Positions 20,001-27,941 of a DNA stretch of 42,656 nt are shown here, piece after piece. The position numbers and the translations under genes were made by a program. Positions within the stretch are counted from its first letter, which is position 1, and every line of letters begins with the position of its first letter. The DNA is from Leptospirales bacterium (GTDB taxonomy: Bacteria > Spirochaetota > Leptospiria > Turneriellales > JAOUFE01), in the NCBI GenBank assembly GCA_040326155.1, contig JBEQLE010000036.1, positions 1 to 42,656 of the forward strand, given 5' to 3'. Under the pieces are notes generated by a model that did not search any database, was not told the origin of the DNA, and was given only the letters and a program-made list of their open reading frames with translations.

Positions 20001-20559
20001 GCATAAAAAATTCTTCTTCATTTGATACGGTATTGATGAATTTAGATCGTCGAGTGGTAGTGCTGAGTGATATTTGATTTTTACCTGTTTCTACCGGATT
20101 TTCATCTACTTTGCTGAAAATCAGGTGAAGTTTTTCTTTTAATCGGTCGGCCAGCAAAGCATCAATTGCCGCTTTTTCAGCCATAACCTTCTCGTCCGTA
20201 GTAGCAGTGTTTTCACTATTAACGAGAAATGATTCCGGAAGGTCTTCTTTATTAACAACAATTTTATCAATAGTAATTATGCTGGCTGTTTTTAATCTGT
20301 AGCTGTATATATTCGTGATTGTTTTGCCCGTTATTACAAACAAAATAACCAGAACGCAAAGCTTTATAAAAATTCCCAGAAAATGACTGATAATTTTTTC
20401 AGTTCGTTCGACCTTGTCGCCAAAATGAAAATCGTCGACTTTTTTCTTCAAGTCGGCCTTGCCAGAAGGACGCTTCGAAGCTTTTTTCCCGGTTCGGGTA
20501 TATTTCTTGAATCTTCCCAGTCCCATAAATTTATTTAAAAAAATGCATTCATTTTCCAC
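17068..20559 (-). CDS. Large membrane-anchored TPR protein
   Basis: One N-terminal TM then many TPRs (ALPYYYRGIWY, AYQQLGDVY, AWYYLGHL, AYYYLGLLY); start may be ATG 20526. Confidence 0.85.
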   Translation of the reverse strand: MENECIFLNKFMGLGRFKKYTRTGKKASKRPSGKADLKKKVDDFHFGDKVERTEKIISHFLGIFIKLCVLVILFVITGKTITNIYSYRLKTASIITIDKIVVNKEDLPESFLVNSENTATTDEKVMAEKAAIDALLADRLKEKLHLIFSKVDENPVETGKNQISLSTTTRRSKFINTVSNEEEFFMLASHQPMDLNVTVSQGGATFDVDTIIQAVTGLFDQATHVIGRLLRTKTEGYTLQIITGNYIRSLTPLSTKSTQTEQINSLLQQAAELILEKEYPATLARYYFKNYGDNNNYDKFFKLIHKLRRKRRQNQFENNTILLLQYAVLLDRQNPSSSQQKTSDPEEIEEYYNKAIRSDSSSALPYYYRGIWYITQDRLDDAITDFENALENDSDYHMAYQQLGDVYSKKGQWKKAGEYYKLCLDHVKDMNEIRFKLAFSFQQLHKFSEAQKIYQKIKQFTVDEKPFITALINSTYVQYKLESVRNPVGALNKAKSALEDIENRYAQSFTPIDYYYMGDIQSKFKNTEKAIINYKLAIARAKDLTDGYDFVKAKIEIATLLYHNKDYNKARQKFNEILNENKGYDLLQIHYYLGKTYLKLYKKSDGKQEKYFDDALKQFEIAGKDQGSLFYAKSNLKLGNLYDMKARFIDLEKGKWDTRNNYDIYIKKSILYLARAYGGGWHTFHLVSKLANNLGIIGLTDSSKKYKKIALQMNPDLASLLNFEWSNAASHNIPAMLQYSQVNQYLMDYSKNSESNFRNAIQKALHSVIQNNPPAINQTEGLSFGDDLQTFNQGIEEFKNKHYKKAKLKFHEYIDSLEIKRKTPENEVLFYLAASYFKLKDYNIALEIIEKINPDKVQFQYVNLLHGAIYLQLNKYSSAIDLLNESLIKNRNEEYASLLLFIAYYLNREDQKAFNSLQKTIHYNLSYTAYYLYIIENLIHLKSNQRIQFYLDKIEKNPGDFQRQAKSLAQAYLARSQNKTYTYFSTMDEFINSIDPTGEKIAYLLFDEAQFLIENKNMTGAEKKLNQAVKIKPDYALAWYYLGHLELYKYNTEKAMDNYKQAIEYDSNLSEAYYYLGLLYIAKDKYFPALEEFEKAISLKSVSASTKNKINFQMGYIYYKLGEYELALNKYSSIPEDAEKFLIENAKIAIEGIILLREKYREL

Positions 20560-20745
20560 TCTATACCAGTTGTATGACAGAGCAATGGTACTGTCAATTA
20601 ATTTATAGAAATTAATAAAATTTAGGTCACGTTATTTTATAATAAGACAATAATAATAGGCAAAAAATTCTCTGACAAGAGAATATACATCTCGCATTTC
20701 AAATTAAATCGTTTCTTATGGATATACATATACAACTGGCAATAG

Positions 20746-21552
20746 TTAAAATATACTTTTAATTTTGTCGGTAATTTCTTTTCCTTTTTTCCTATTGTTT
20801 TTTAACGATTTTGATTTGTCTTTACTTTTTTTTGTAACTGTTTTTGTATGTTTGTGGTCGATTACTATACGAACATTATAGGCGGACTGTTCCAGCTCTT
20901 GTTCCATTTCTTCTTGAAATTGCAACCCCATACCCGAGAGATTTTTTCCCGATTCTCCCATCTCTTTTGCGGCCTTGCGGTCACCTGCCATGGCTCTTTT
21001 TTGTAATGCTTTCATCTTCTCTTTAACGGACTCTTGATAGTTTTTGCTTTTTTCTTTGTATTTTCGTTCAATGACTTTATCTTGTGGTATAAACTCATCA
21101 TTGTCTTTTTCATCTGTTAAAAGATAGAAATGTTCCTCATTGGCAACTTCAGGCAAATGAATTCTAATACTGAAGGCATAGTCTTCTACAAGTTCACCGC
21201 AACTGACTCTTTCAACTTTCAGGGTAATGTAATAAGTGTCACCACTTTTAATAAATTTTTTACCGAGTTTTTTTTCATAAAATTCTAATACATTTTTCAA
21301 TGAATCTTTGCTGTGAAACACCGTTTTCTCTTCGACCCATCCATGTCTGTTCTCTTTCGAATAATGCGGATCTCTGTATTGTCGGGTTTTATCTTTATTT
21401 TTTTCTTCAACTGCTTTTGGATATGCAGGGGCTACTAATTTATCCGTACTTTTCAGGTCTTCACAAATTCCGTAAGTTAAGGTGCTGACGGCAAGCCCTA
21501 AAATGATCATTGTTGGCAAAGAATAAAGTTTTAATAATTGCCTTTTAAACAT
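20746..21552 (-). CDS. Hypothetical exported protein
   Basis: Hydrophobic leader, Lys-rich; RBS ggggga. Confidence 0.7.
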   Translation of the reverse strand: MFKRQLLKLYSLPTMIILGLAVSTLTYGICEDLKSTDKLVAPAYPKAVEEKNKDKTRQYRDPHYSKENRHGWVEEKTVFHSKDSLKNVLEFYEKKLGKKFIKSGDTYYITLKVERVSCGELVEDYAFSIRIHLPEVANEEHFYLLTDEKDNDEFIPQDKVIERKYKEKSKNYQESVKEKMKALQKRAMAGDRKAAKEMGESGKNLSGMGLQFQEEMEQELEQSAYNVRIVIDHKHTKTVTKKSKDKSKSLKNNRKKGKEITDKIKSIF

Positions 21553-21572
21553 AATTTCCCCCGATTAAACTT

Positions 21573-22823
21573 TTATTTTTCGATTACACACTCGTGAATT
21601 GTTGCGTTATTATTGGCCATGTCATAGTCTTTAACTATCCCATTTAAACTCCAGCTTGCTTTAACATCCTTCGTCATTTTTATACCCACTTTATGTTTTA
21701 GCTCGGTATCTTTATTTTTCAATTTTTTGTCCGGATCCAGCTCGGCAAGTGAAATGGTATAAACACTTTTATTATCCGAATATATATGGACGCCAACGAG
21801 TTTATCTCTATAGGGTTTATCGGTAAGTCTACCTGGTCCCTTGTTTGAAACGGTAATTTCAATTTGACACCCTTCCGTTCTTTTTAGAGTAATCGTCAAA
21901 TCGGGCAAATAGTTAGAGGCAACTCCAATAAGATGGCGCCGCCCCAATTTGTCGTGGATGGTCCAACTATTCTCGTTATTTGTAAGTATAGCGGATGAAA
22001 ATCCAACCAAAACAATTTTACCATTTAAGACAGCAATCGCAGTCAGCCTCTCATCATCACCGGTTTCCACTTTTGTCCAGGTATTCCCTTCGTCACTCGA
22101 ACGGAAAACTATTCCACTCCAACCAACGGCATACACATCTCCGTTTGAGTCAGATGCCAGACCTTCGATAACACCTTTGAATCCTTCAGCAAAAACCCTT
22201 GGCTTCCAGATTTTTCCGTCTTTTGAATTAAATACCGCCCCTCTGGTACCGGCAATAATGTAGATTCCTTTTTTTGTATAAGTGATTGCGTTGAAATAAC
22301 TGGAACCCGATACCTTTTCGATCACAACCCAGGTTTTACCCTTATTCTCGGAAGTTAAAATCATACCGCGAATACCTACGACAATCCATAGCTTTGGATT
22401 ATCTATGTTTACATCGAGCAGGTTTATATCGGTGTCCGGTCCTATGTTTTTAAAGGTAATGCCGCCATCATAGGAAGCAAATATGGATCCTGTAGAACCC
22501 ACAACAACGAATCTACCTTGATCATCAATATCAATGGCATTGAAAATTTCCTTCGTTAAATTGTGTACGTTCTCATAACTGGCTCCGTAATCCTCCGACC
22601 TTAATACCATTCCGTCGGCGCCAACAGCCCAAAAATTCCCATATCGATCTGTGGCTACTGCGTTAATATACTCCGAAGTGTTACTATTGCCAACTTGCCA
22701 GGTTTCGCCACTGTCTACAGTATAATACGCAATACCATCTCGGCCAATAGCTGAAAAGTTTAAACCACCGGCAAATATTACCGAACTTAGTAAAATTAAA
22801 ACAAGCATTAAACGAATGCGCAT
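21573..22823 (-). CDS. Secreted BNR/Ycf48-like beta-propeller protein with C-terminal CARDB-like domain
   Basis: Repeats TVDSGETW, SEDYGASY, SYDGGITF, SSDEGNTW; C-terminal LPDLTI..VSNKG..NN; signal peptide from ATG 22823. Confidence 0.8.
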   Translation of the reverse strand: MRIRLMLVLILLSSVIFAGGLNFSAIGRDGIAYYTVDSGETWQVGNSNTSEYINAVATDRYGNFWAVGADGMVLRSEDYGASYENVHNLTKEIFNAIDIDDQGRFVVVGSTGSIFASYDGGITFKNIGPDTDINLLDVNIDNPKLWIVVGIRGMILTSENKGKTWVVIEKVSGSSYFNAITYTKKGIYIIAGTRGAVFNSKDGKIWKPRVFAEGFKGVIEGLASDSNGDVYAVGWSGIVFRSSDEGNTWTKVETGDDERLTAIAVLNGKIVLVGFSSAILTNNENSWTIHDKLGRRHLIGVASNYLPDLTITLKRTEGCQIEITVSNKGPGRLTDKPYRDKLVGVHIYSDNKSVYTISLAELDPDKKLKNKDTELKHKVGIKMTKDVKASWSLNGIVKDYDMANNNATIHECVIEK

Positions 22824-22952
22824 AACTCCCCCCCCCCTCAGTCTCAATACTACTCTATTTAAGGATAGGTTTGCTTATTCTTTTTTTCTTCTTGTTTAAA
22901 TGTAGTAAAATTTTAATAGTTCAGCAAAATTAATCAAATAGCTTTAAATTTC

Positions 22953-22987
22953 CGGGGTGCCCCCCTGGGGCTTGACCCCGTTTTTTT
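22953..22987. repeat. GC-rich REP-like hairpin or terminator between two minus-strand genes
   Basis: cggggt-gcccc-cct-ggggc-ttg-accccg followed by T7 on the + strand. Confidence 0.5.
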
Positions 22988-23020
22988 GTGTAGCTTCGTT
23001 CGATTATTTATTAAATAAAT

Positions 23021-24034
23021 TTACCTTGGTGTAATATCAACCGATAATTCAAATTTCGTTTTTGTTATATCAGAAGCTCCGGCTACGCCAATTAAAATCG
23101 AGTATGGATTTCGCAAAGCGATCATTTCGATACTCCTCGTAAAGTCCGGGGCTTTGTTACCATACAAATAACTTGCATCACAAGACGCCGATGGAACGTT
23201 GGGCGGAATTGTTGTTATGTCACTCGTGCCAAGGCGCAATGCATAAAGATTCACATTGTCGGGACTTTTTAAACTGACTTTCAGGTTGGAATATTTTGGC
23301 AATTGGACCCGATAAAACAGATGGTTGCCTCGAAAGTTTTCAAACTGGGTGGCTGGAAAACAGGCCACCTGAGAAGATTCGGCCCACTCCAGCGGTATTT
23401 GTCCCCCGTCCGATAAATCTCCTTTTATAATGGCGCGGCCTTTTGAATCAAGAGAAATATCAACCACAGGTATATTTCGAGAGAGTGATGTATCGAAAGA
23501 CTTTTTGGTTTTCATTTCTATCGAGAGTGTGTACTTTGCGTCGCTTTTTACGGAGGCTGACGTAACCGCGATTACGATATGGTATGAATTTCGAATGGCA
23601 TTGAATCTCATTTTTTCTGGTTGCCCCGGATTCGCTCCTTTATAATTCAATCCGGCCTCGCATGCAACGACCCCGTTCAGGTTTGGCGGTAAAGTTGAAA
23701 AATCCCGATTAGAAACCTGGTAACCATAAATATTTATATCTTCTTTTTCCGGAGTGACACGAATTTCAACTTCAGAATACGGCGGAATTTCAAAGGCGTA
23801 AAATTTATGTTTACCGCGAAATTGCGAAGCCTGTGTTGCCGGAAAACAGGCATTCTGACTATCCCAGGCCCACGAAAGGTCCTCCATCAAAACACCCCCG
23901 GCAAGTGAATCTTGAACAACAGTCTTTTTACCGCTCTCTACATGTAACGTTTTGACTTTTTTTGGCCATGCCGCGCTAATTACCAGAACCATGGTCAACA
24001 AAATAAAAAACAACGCCTTCACTTTTAATTTCAT
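23021..24034 (-). CDS. Secreted protein with an internally duplicated Cys-containing domain
   Basis: WAWDSQNACFPATQASQFRGKH vs WAESSQVACFPATQFENFRGNH; signal peptide from ATG 24034 (track start 24118 unlikely). Confidence 0.8.
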   Translation of the reverse strand: MKLKVKALFFILLTMVLVISAAWPKKVKTLHVESGKKTVVQDSLAGGVLMEDLSWAWDSQNACFPATQASQFRGKHKFYAFEIPPYSEVEIRVTPEKEDINIYGYQVSNRDFSTLPPNLNGVVACEAGLNYKGANPGQPEKMRFNAIRNSYHIVIAVTSASVKSDAKYTLSIEMKTKKSFDTSLSRNIPVVDISLDSKGRAIIKGDLSDGGQIPLEWAESSQVACFPATQFENFRGNHLFYRVQLPKYSNLKVSLKSPDNVNLYALRLGTSDITTIPPNVPSASCDASYLYGNKAPDFTRSIEMIALRNPYSILIGVAGASDITKTKFELSVDITPR

Positions 24035-24070
24035 ACCAACAGCTTCTATTTGTTCTATTGAATGTCCAGA

Positions 24071-24410
24071 GAATTTTTTTTGCCCGTAAAGTACCACGAG
24101 CGGGTGCCCAAAAACCACGCTTTTTGGGTGCGAACAACTTTAAATGAACATCGAGCGGAACGACATAAAAAAACCGTAGGATTTTTCTGTGCTTAAACGG
24201 AAACCACAGGATTTTTTTGTGCCTCAATAATACCACGAAGCGGTCGAAAAAAAACGACGTTTTTTTTCGAAAATATCTTTAAACAGCAATCGAACGTAGG
24301 AACTTCGTCGGGTTTTCGTACGAAAAACCCGACAGACCATCGTCCCTTTCGCTACCGCTATCGGGACTCAAGCCAAAAACCGCAGGATTTTTTTGTGTCC
24401 TTAAAAAAAC
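24071..24410. repeat. Structured intergenic repeat cluster
   Basis: AAACCRYAGGATTTTTYTGTG at 24171, 24201 and 24377; duplicated ~75-bp unit at 24071 and 24210; hairpins at 24106-24129, 24244-24270, 24307-24333. Confidence 0.7.
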
Positions 24411-24512
24411 GATTGAAAAAGTAAACCGAATTATGAAATCGGTAGTATCGGAGATTAAAACCGGCGTCGGCAACTTAAAAAGAATCAATAAACAGGTTTG
24501 CAAAACAATAAA

Positions 24513-25280
24513 ATGAAACGAATACTTTCTGTCATATTCTGGGTCCTATGGATGATCTTTTTTAACATCGTAACCCAGGTTTTTTCAATAATTTTATTAT
24601 TAGCCAGCTTTTTTATTAAAAATAGACGCCATTTACGTATCTTTGTACGCATCTGGGGAAGAATCGGAATTCGAATGGGCTTTTGCACGGTCGAAATCAA
24701 AGGGAAAGAAAATATGATCGATGAACCGGCAATGATAGCCTGTAATCATATGTCAAACCTTGATGTAGTTGTCTGTGAAGGCTACATTCCTTCCTACTTC
24801 CTTTTTCTTTCTAAAAAGGAAGTTTTTAACGTTCCCATTGTTGGTCAGTTAATGCGCAAGCTCGGACATATCTCCATCGATCGAAGCAGACCGAAAAAGG
24901 CTGCCATGTCGTTAAAAAAAGCCATCGAGATTGTAAAAGAAGGAAATCAGATTTTAATTTATCCAGAGGGGTCGCGAAACCCCAACCCGCGTGAAATGCT
25001 GCCGTTAAAACCGGGGGCCTTGCTGGTAGCCCGCCAGGGCAAAGTGCCGATCGTTCCTGTAATTTTATATGGAACCTCTAAAATATTGCCGGTAGATAAA
25101 AAGTTTTATTTTTTCCCTCATAAAATTATAATGAATATTTTACCACCAATTTATCCCGGAGACGAGTTGCACCCTGCTACTGCAGAAACAGTGAAGGTAG
25201 AAGATGAAATTCTGGAAAAATTAAGATTATACTTATCGAAAATTTATAATGAAATGGCCGATGAAATGGAAAAAAAGTGA
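24513..25280 (+). CDS. plsC: 1-acyl-sn-glycerol-3-phosphate acyltransferase
   Basis: NHMSNLD (HX4D), SKKE, IDRS, YPEGSR, PIVPV. Confidence 0.88.
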   Translation: MKRILSVIFWVLWMIFFNIVTQVFSIILLLASFFIKNRRHLRIFVRIWGRIGIRMGFCTVEIKGKENMIDEPAMIACNHMSNLDVVVCEGYIPSYFLFLSKKEVFNVPIVGQLMRKLGHISIDRSRPKKAAMSLKKAIEIVKEGNQILIYPEGSRNPNPREMLPLKPGALLVARQGKVPIVPVILYGTSKILPVDKKFYFFPHKIIMNILPPIYPGDELHPATAETVKVEDEILEKLRLYLSKIYNEMADEMEKK

Positions 25281-25903
25281 ACCCCCTTCAGATTTTGTGG
25301 GCAGTATCTATACCCGGAAATCTATCTGAATCAAAACTTGGACCGAAAATAGAGCAAAAACTTCGTTTAAAAACTCTGACCTGGCAAACGATGTCTGTTA
25401 TTCAAGCCAGTAAAAATCGTAAAGTTAATATAAAAATTCTTGCCATGTACCCTGGGAAAAAACTCTCAAGAAGTCTTCAAAATGAGTATAAATTGTGTTT
25501 TAACCCGTTTAAACTCTCCTGGATAAAATCTACGGAGCTGGCTGGAAAAGAGATTCAATACATCTGGGAAAACTATTACGGAAAATTTGATCGTCTGGTT
25601 TACACAACGACAAACACTCCCTTGCTAAAAAATACGGATTTTATAAAGGCTTTTTCTTCCGGTGAAACAACTCATATTCGGTGCGATAATAATTCCATTG
25701 CAATGGTTGCCGGAGAAGAAACGGAACCATTCAAAAGTAAAATAACTCCGGAGGTCTTACTGCCTTCTTTAAAGTCCGACTATCTTGCCATAGCGCAAAT
25801 TATTCTTGTACTTGAAAATTATGCAAAAAGTGATTCTGAATTTTATGAGCCTTTGATTACATATCTTGGCTCACTGTTTGATACCGAATCTATTTCTGAA
25901 TAA
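25277..25903 (+). CDS. Hypothetical protein coupled to plsC
   Basis: GTGA overlap with the plsC stop; 208 aa. Confidence 0.65.
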   Translation: MNPLQILWAVSIPGNLSESKLGPKIEQKLRLKTLTWQTMSVIQASKNRKVNIKILAMYPGKKLSRSLQNEYKLCFNPFKLSWIKSTELAGKEIQYIWENYYGKFDRLVYTTTNTPLLKNTDFIKAFSSGETTHIRCDNNSIAMVAGEETEPFKSKITPEVLLPSLKSDYLAIAQIILVLENYAKSDSEFYEPLITYLGSLFDTESISE

Positions 25904-26435
25904 CCTCGAAAAGATCATCATATTTGGCATCTATATATTTTTCAATTTTCCAGAGATTTTCTTCTTTAATAAAAATCAGTTTTGCACCGTTTTTAAAAAT
26001 CAGGGTTGTTTTTTCATCCGCCTCTAACCTGTTCGTAACATTGACTGGTTCAAGAGCTTCCATCGGAAAAAGCAGGTAATCGCTACCCAGCACAAATTTC
26101 CCATGTTCCATTCGATATTGAATATACTCTTCAAGGTTCATTTGCGATATTCGCGAAACAGGTATGCCCATTTTCAGAGCCAGCCCTTTCAGAGCATCTT
26201 TTGGTAAGACGGAAAATGATTTACGAATTTCATCTACATGCACCTGCATACGATTTATAAAATTGTTGCTCAGATATAATAAAAACGTGTCGCCATTTTT
26301 TTCGTAAAAAGCTTTTTGAACTTTTGCGAGCACCTCCATTGGCGTCAAAGACTCCGGCGCGGCGCAACCATGTACTATAAATAAAACTAAAAACCATGTC
26401 CGAAATTTTGAATTCAAAGAACCGTCCTTTAACAC
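25890..26435 (-). CDS. Hypothetical lipoprotein
   Basis: Hydrophobic leader ending VHGC; FIKEENLWKI C-terminal motif. Confidence 0.6.
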   Translation of the reverse strand: MLKDGSLNSKFRTWFLVLFIVHGCAAPESLTPMEVLAKVQKAFYEKNGDTFLLYLSNNFINRMQVHVDEIRKSFSVLPKDALKGLALKMGIPVSRISQMNLEEYIQYRMEHGKFVLGSDYLLFPMEALEPVNVTNRLEADEKTTLIFKNGAKLIFIKEENLWKIEKYIDAKYDDLFEVIQK

Positions 26436-26455
26436 AATATGTTTTTGTTTTGAAA

Positions 26456-27649
26456 TTAATTCGATTGTAAAATCAAGTCCATTTCCTGCATGTAGTTAAT
26501 TCCGCTTTCATCAGGAAATATCGCTTTTGCAATATACAAATCCGTATGATAAAGCAAATGGATAAAATAAGCGTTTTCAGGTCGCTCCTCGTTGCTATCC
26601 CTTAATATATAAACAATCGGCCTCATGGGTTTTTCAGGAACCGTACTGACCACAATACCCACTCTTTTATCCGACATTTCAACCAGAGAACCAACAGGAT
26701 AAACAGAAAACGTGTTCAAAAATGATCGCATATAATTCGGGTCATAGTAAAAAATACCGAGCGCCAGCAACTCTTTCATTGCGTCATAAGGAAGCTTACG
26801 CGATCTGTAGGTACGATCTTCGAGTACGGCGGTATAAGAATCGGCGATCATAGCAATTCTGGCATATTCAGAAAGCTCTTCGCCGCCAATATGCTGCGGA
26901 TATCCCGAACCGTCATAATGCTCCTGGTGTTGCAGGGCTACTAAAGCTATAGAGTTTTTCGCTTTAACCACCTTGGTTAAAAGTTGATAACCCCTCAGAG
27001 GGTGTGTATGCAATTTATTTATTTCATCCGGATTTAGCTTGCCTTCTTTCATTCGAACCGAAAGAGGCAACAAAACCATTCCAACATCCATTAATAAAGA
27101 AGCGAAAACCAATTCAATAATTTTTGGCTGTGAAAACTTCAAAGAGCCTGCAAGTTTCGCCCCAAATATTGCAGAAATGACAACGTGCCGATATAAAGTG
27201 TTTTTACCTTCAAGATGATACAAATGCATAAAACACAGCGGATTATCATGCATAAGAGTAGTAATTTTCTCCGCTAAATCTCTGACACGACTGATCTGGA
27301 AGGCTTTTTCTTCCGTAATTACGGTATAAGCTTCTTCCAGCAGTTTTTCCCCATCTAGTATAATATTATCGACTTTATCTAATTCTGCTGCCGCTTTTTT
27401 TAATTGATCTTTAACTTTTACAATATCGTTTCTTTCAGGCCCTTCTGGAATGACAATTTCCTGCTTAATTTTCGGCTTTGTCGGATCTCCGTCAGTTTCA
27501 ACTTCTTGAATATTCCATTTTGTCAGTCTGGTAAGGTCAGAAGGTTTTAGCGCCTCGAAAGCCTCAACAAGTACATTATCCGGGTCAATATAAACCGGTT
27601 TATTAAAAGCCATTCCCGGCTTTAATGTGTTAACTAGAATTTTCTTCAT
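26456..27649 (-). CDS. HD-GYP domain protein with degenerate HD dyad
   Basis: LKPGM N-terminus; LLMDVGM (HD to MD), HP.RGY, HQEHYDGSGYP, IADSY, YPVGSLV; RBS aggag. Confidence 0.88.
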   Translation of the reverse strand: MKKILVNTLKPGMAFNKPVYIDPDNVLVEAFEALKPSDLTRLTKWNIQEVETDGDPTKPKIKQEIVIPEGPERNDIVKVKDQLKKAAAELDKVDNIILDGEKLLEEAYTVITEEKAFQISRVRDLAEKITTLMHDNPLCFMHLYHLEGKNTLYRHVVISAIFGAKLAGSLKFSQPKIIELVFASLLMDVGMVLLPLSVRMKEGKLNPDEINKLHTHPLRGYQLLTKVVKAKNSIALVALQHQEHYDGSGYPQHIGGEELSEYARIAMIADSYTAVLEDRTYRSRKLPYDAMKELLALGIFYYDPNYMRSFLNTFSVYPVGSLVEMSDKRVGIVVSTVPEKPMRPIVYILRDSNEERPENAYFIHLLYHTDLYIAKAIFPDESGINYMQEMDLILQSN

Positions 27650-27941
27650 TATACACTCCTGTCGGTCAATTCCAGTGAAAACTAAATCTATATAAAAAAG
27701 ACATTATTTAGTACCTTTATTATAAGTTACCAATTGGCAATCAAAAAAAAATTTGTAAGCAGAAAAGTCAGGTATTTTCGTAGATGTCGGGAAATTGAAT
27801 ATTGTTTTGCCTGATTAATGCCATTTAAGAAAGAAAAATCTTTTGTCGTAACGCATAACGAACGAATAACGAACGGATACCAACGACCTTGAAAACCGAT
27901 TTTAAAGTTTACATGACCTCTATAGTTGTAATAATGTTGTT

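Noticed and set aside
24171..24400. CRISPR array
   Set aside because: Only three degenerate copies at irregular spacing (30 and ~176 bp); no cas genes in the window
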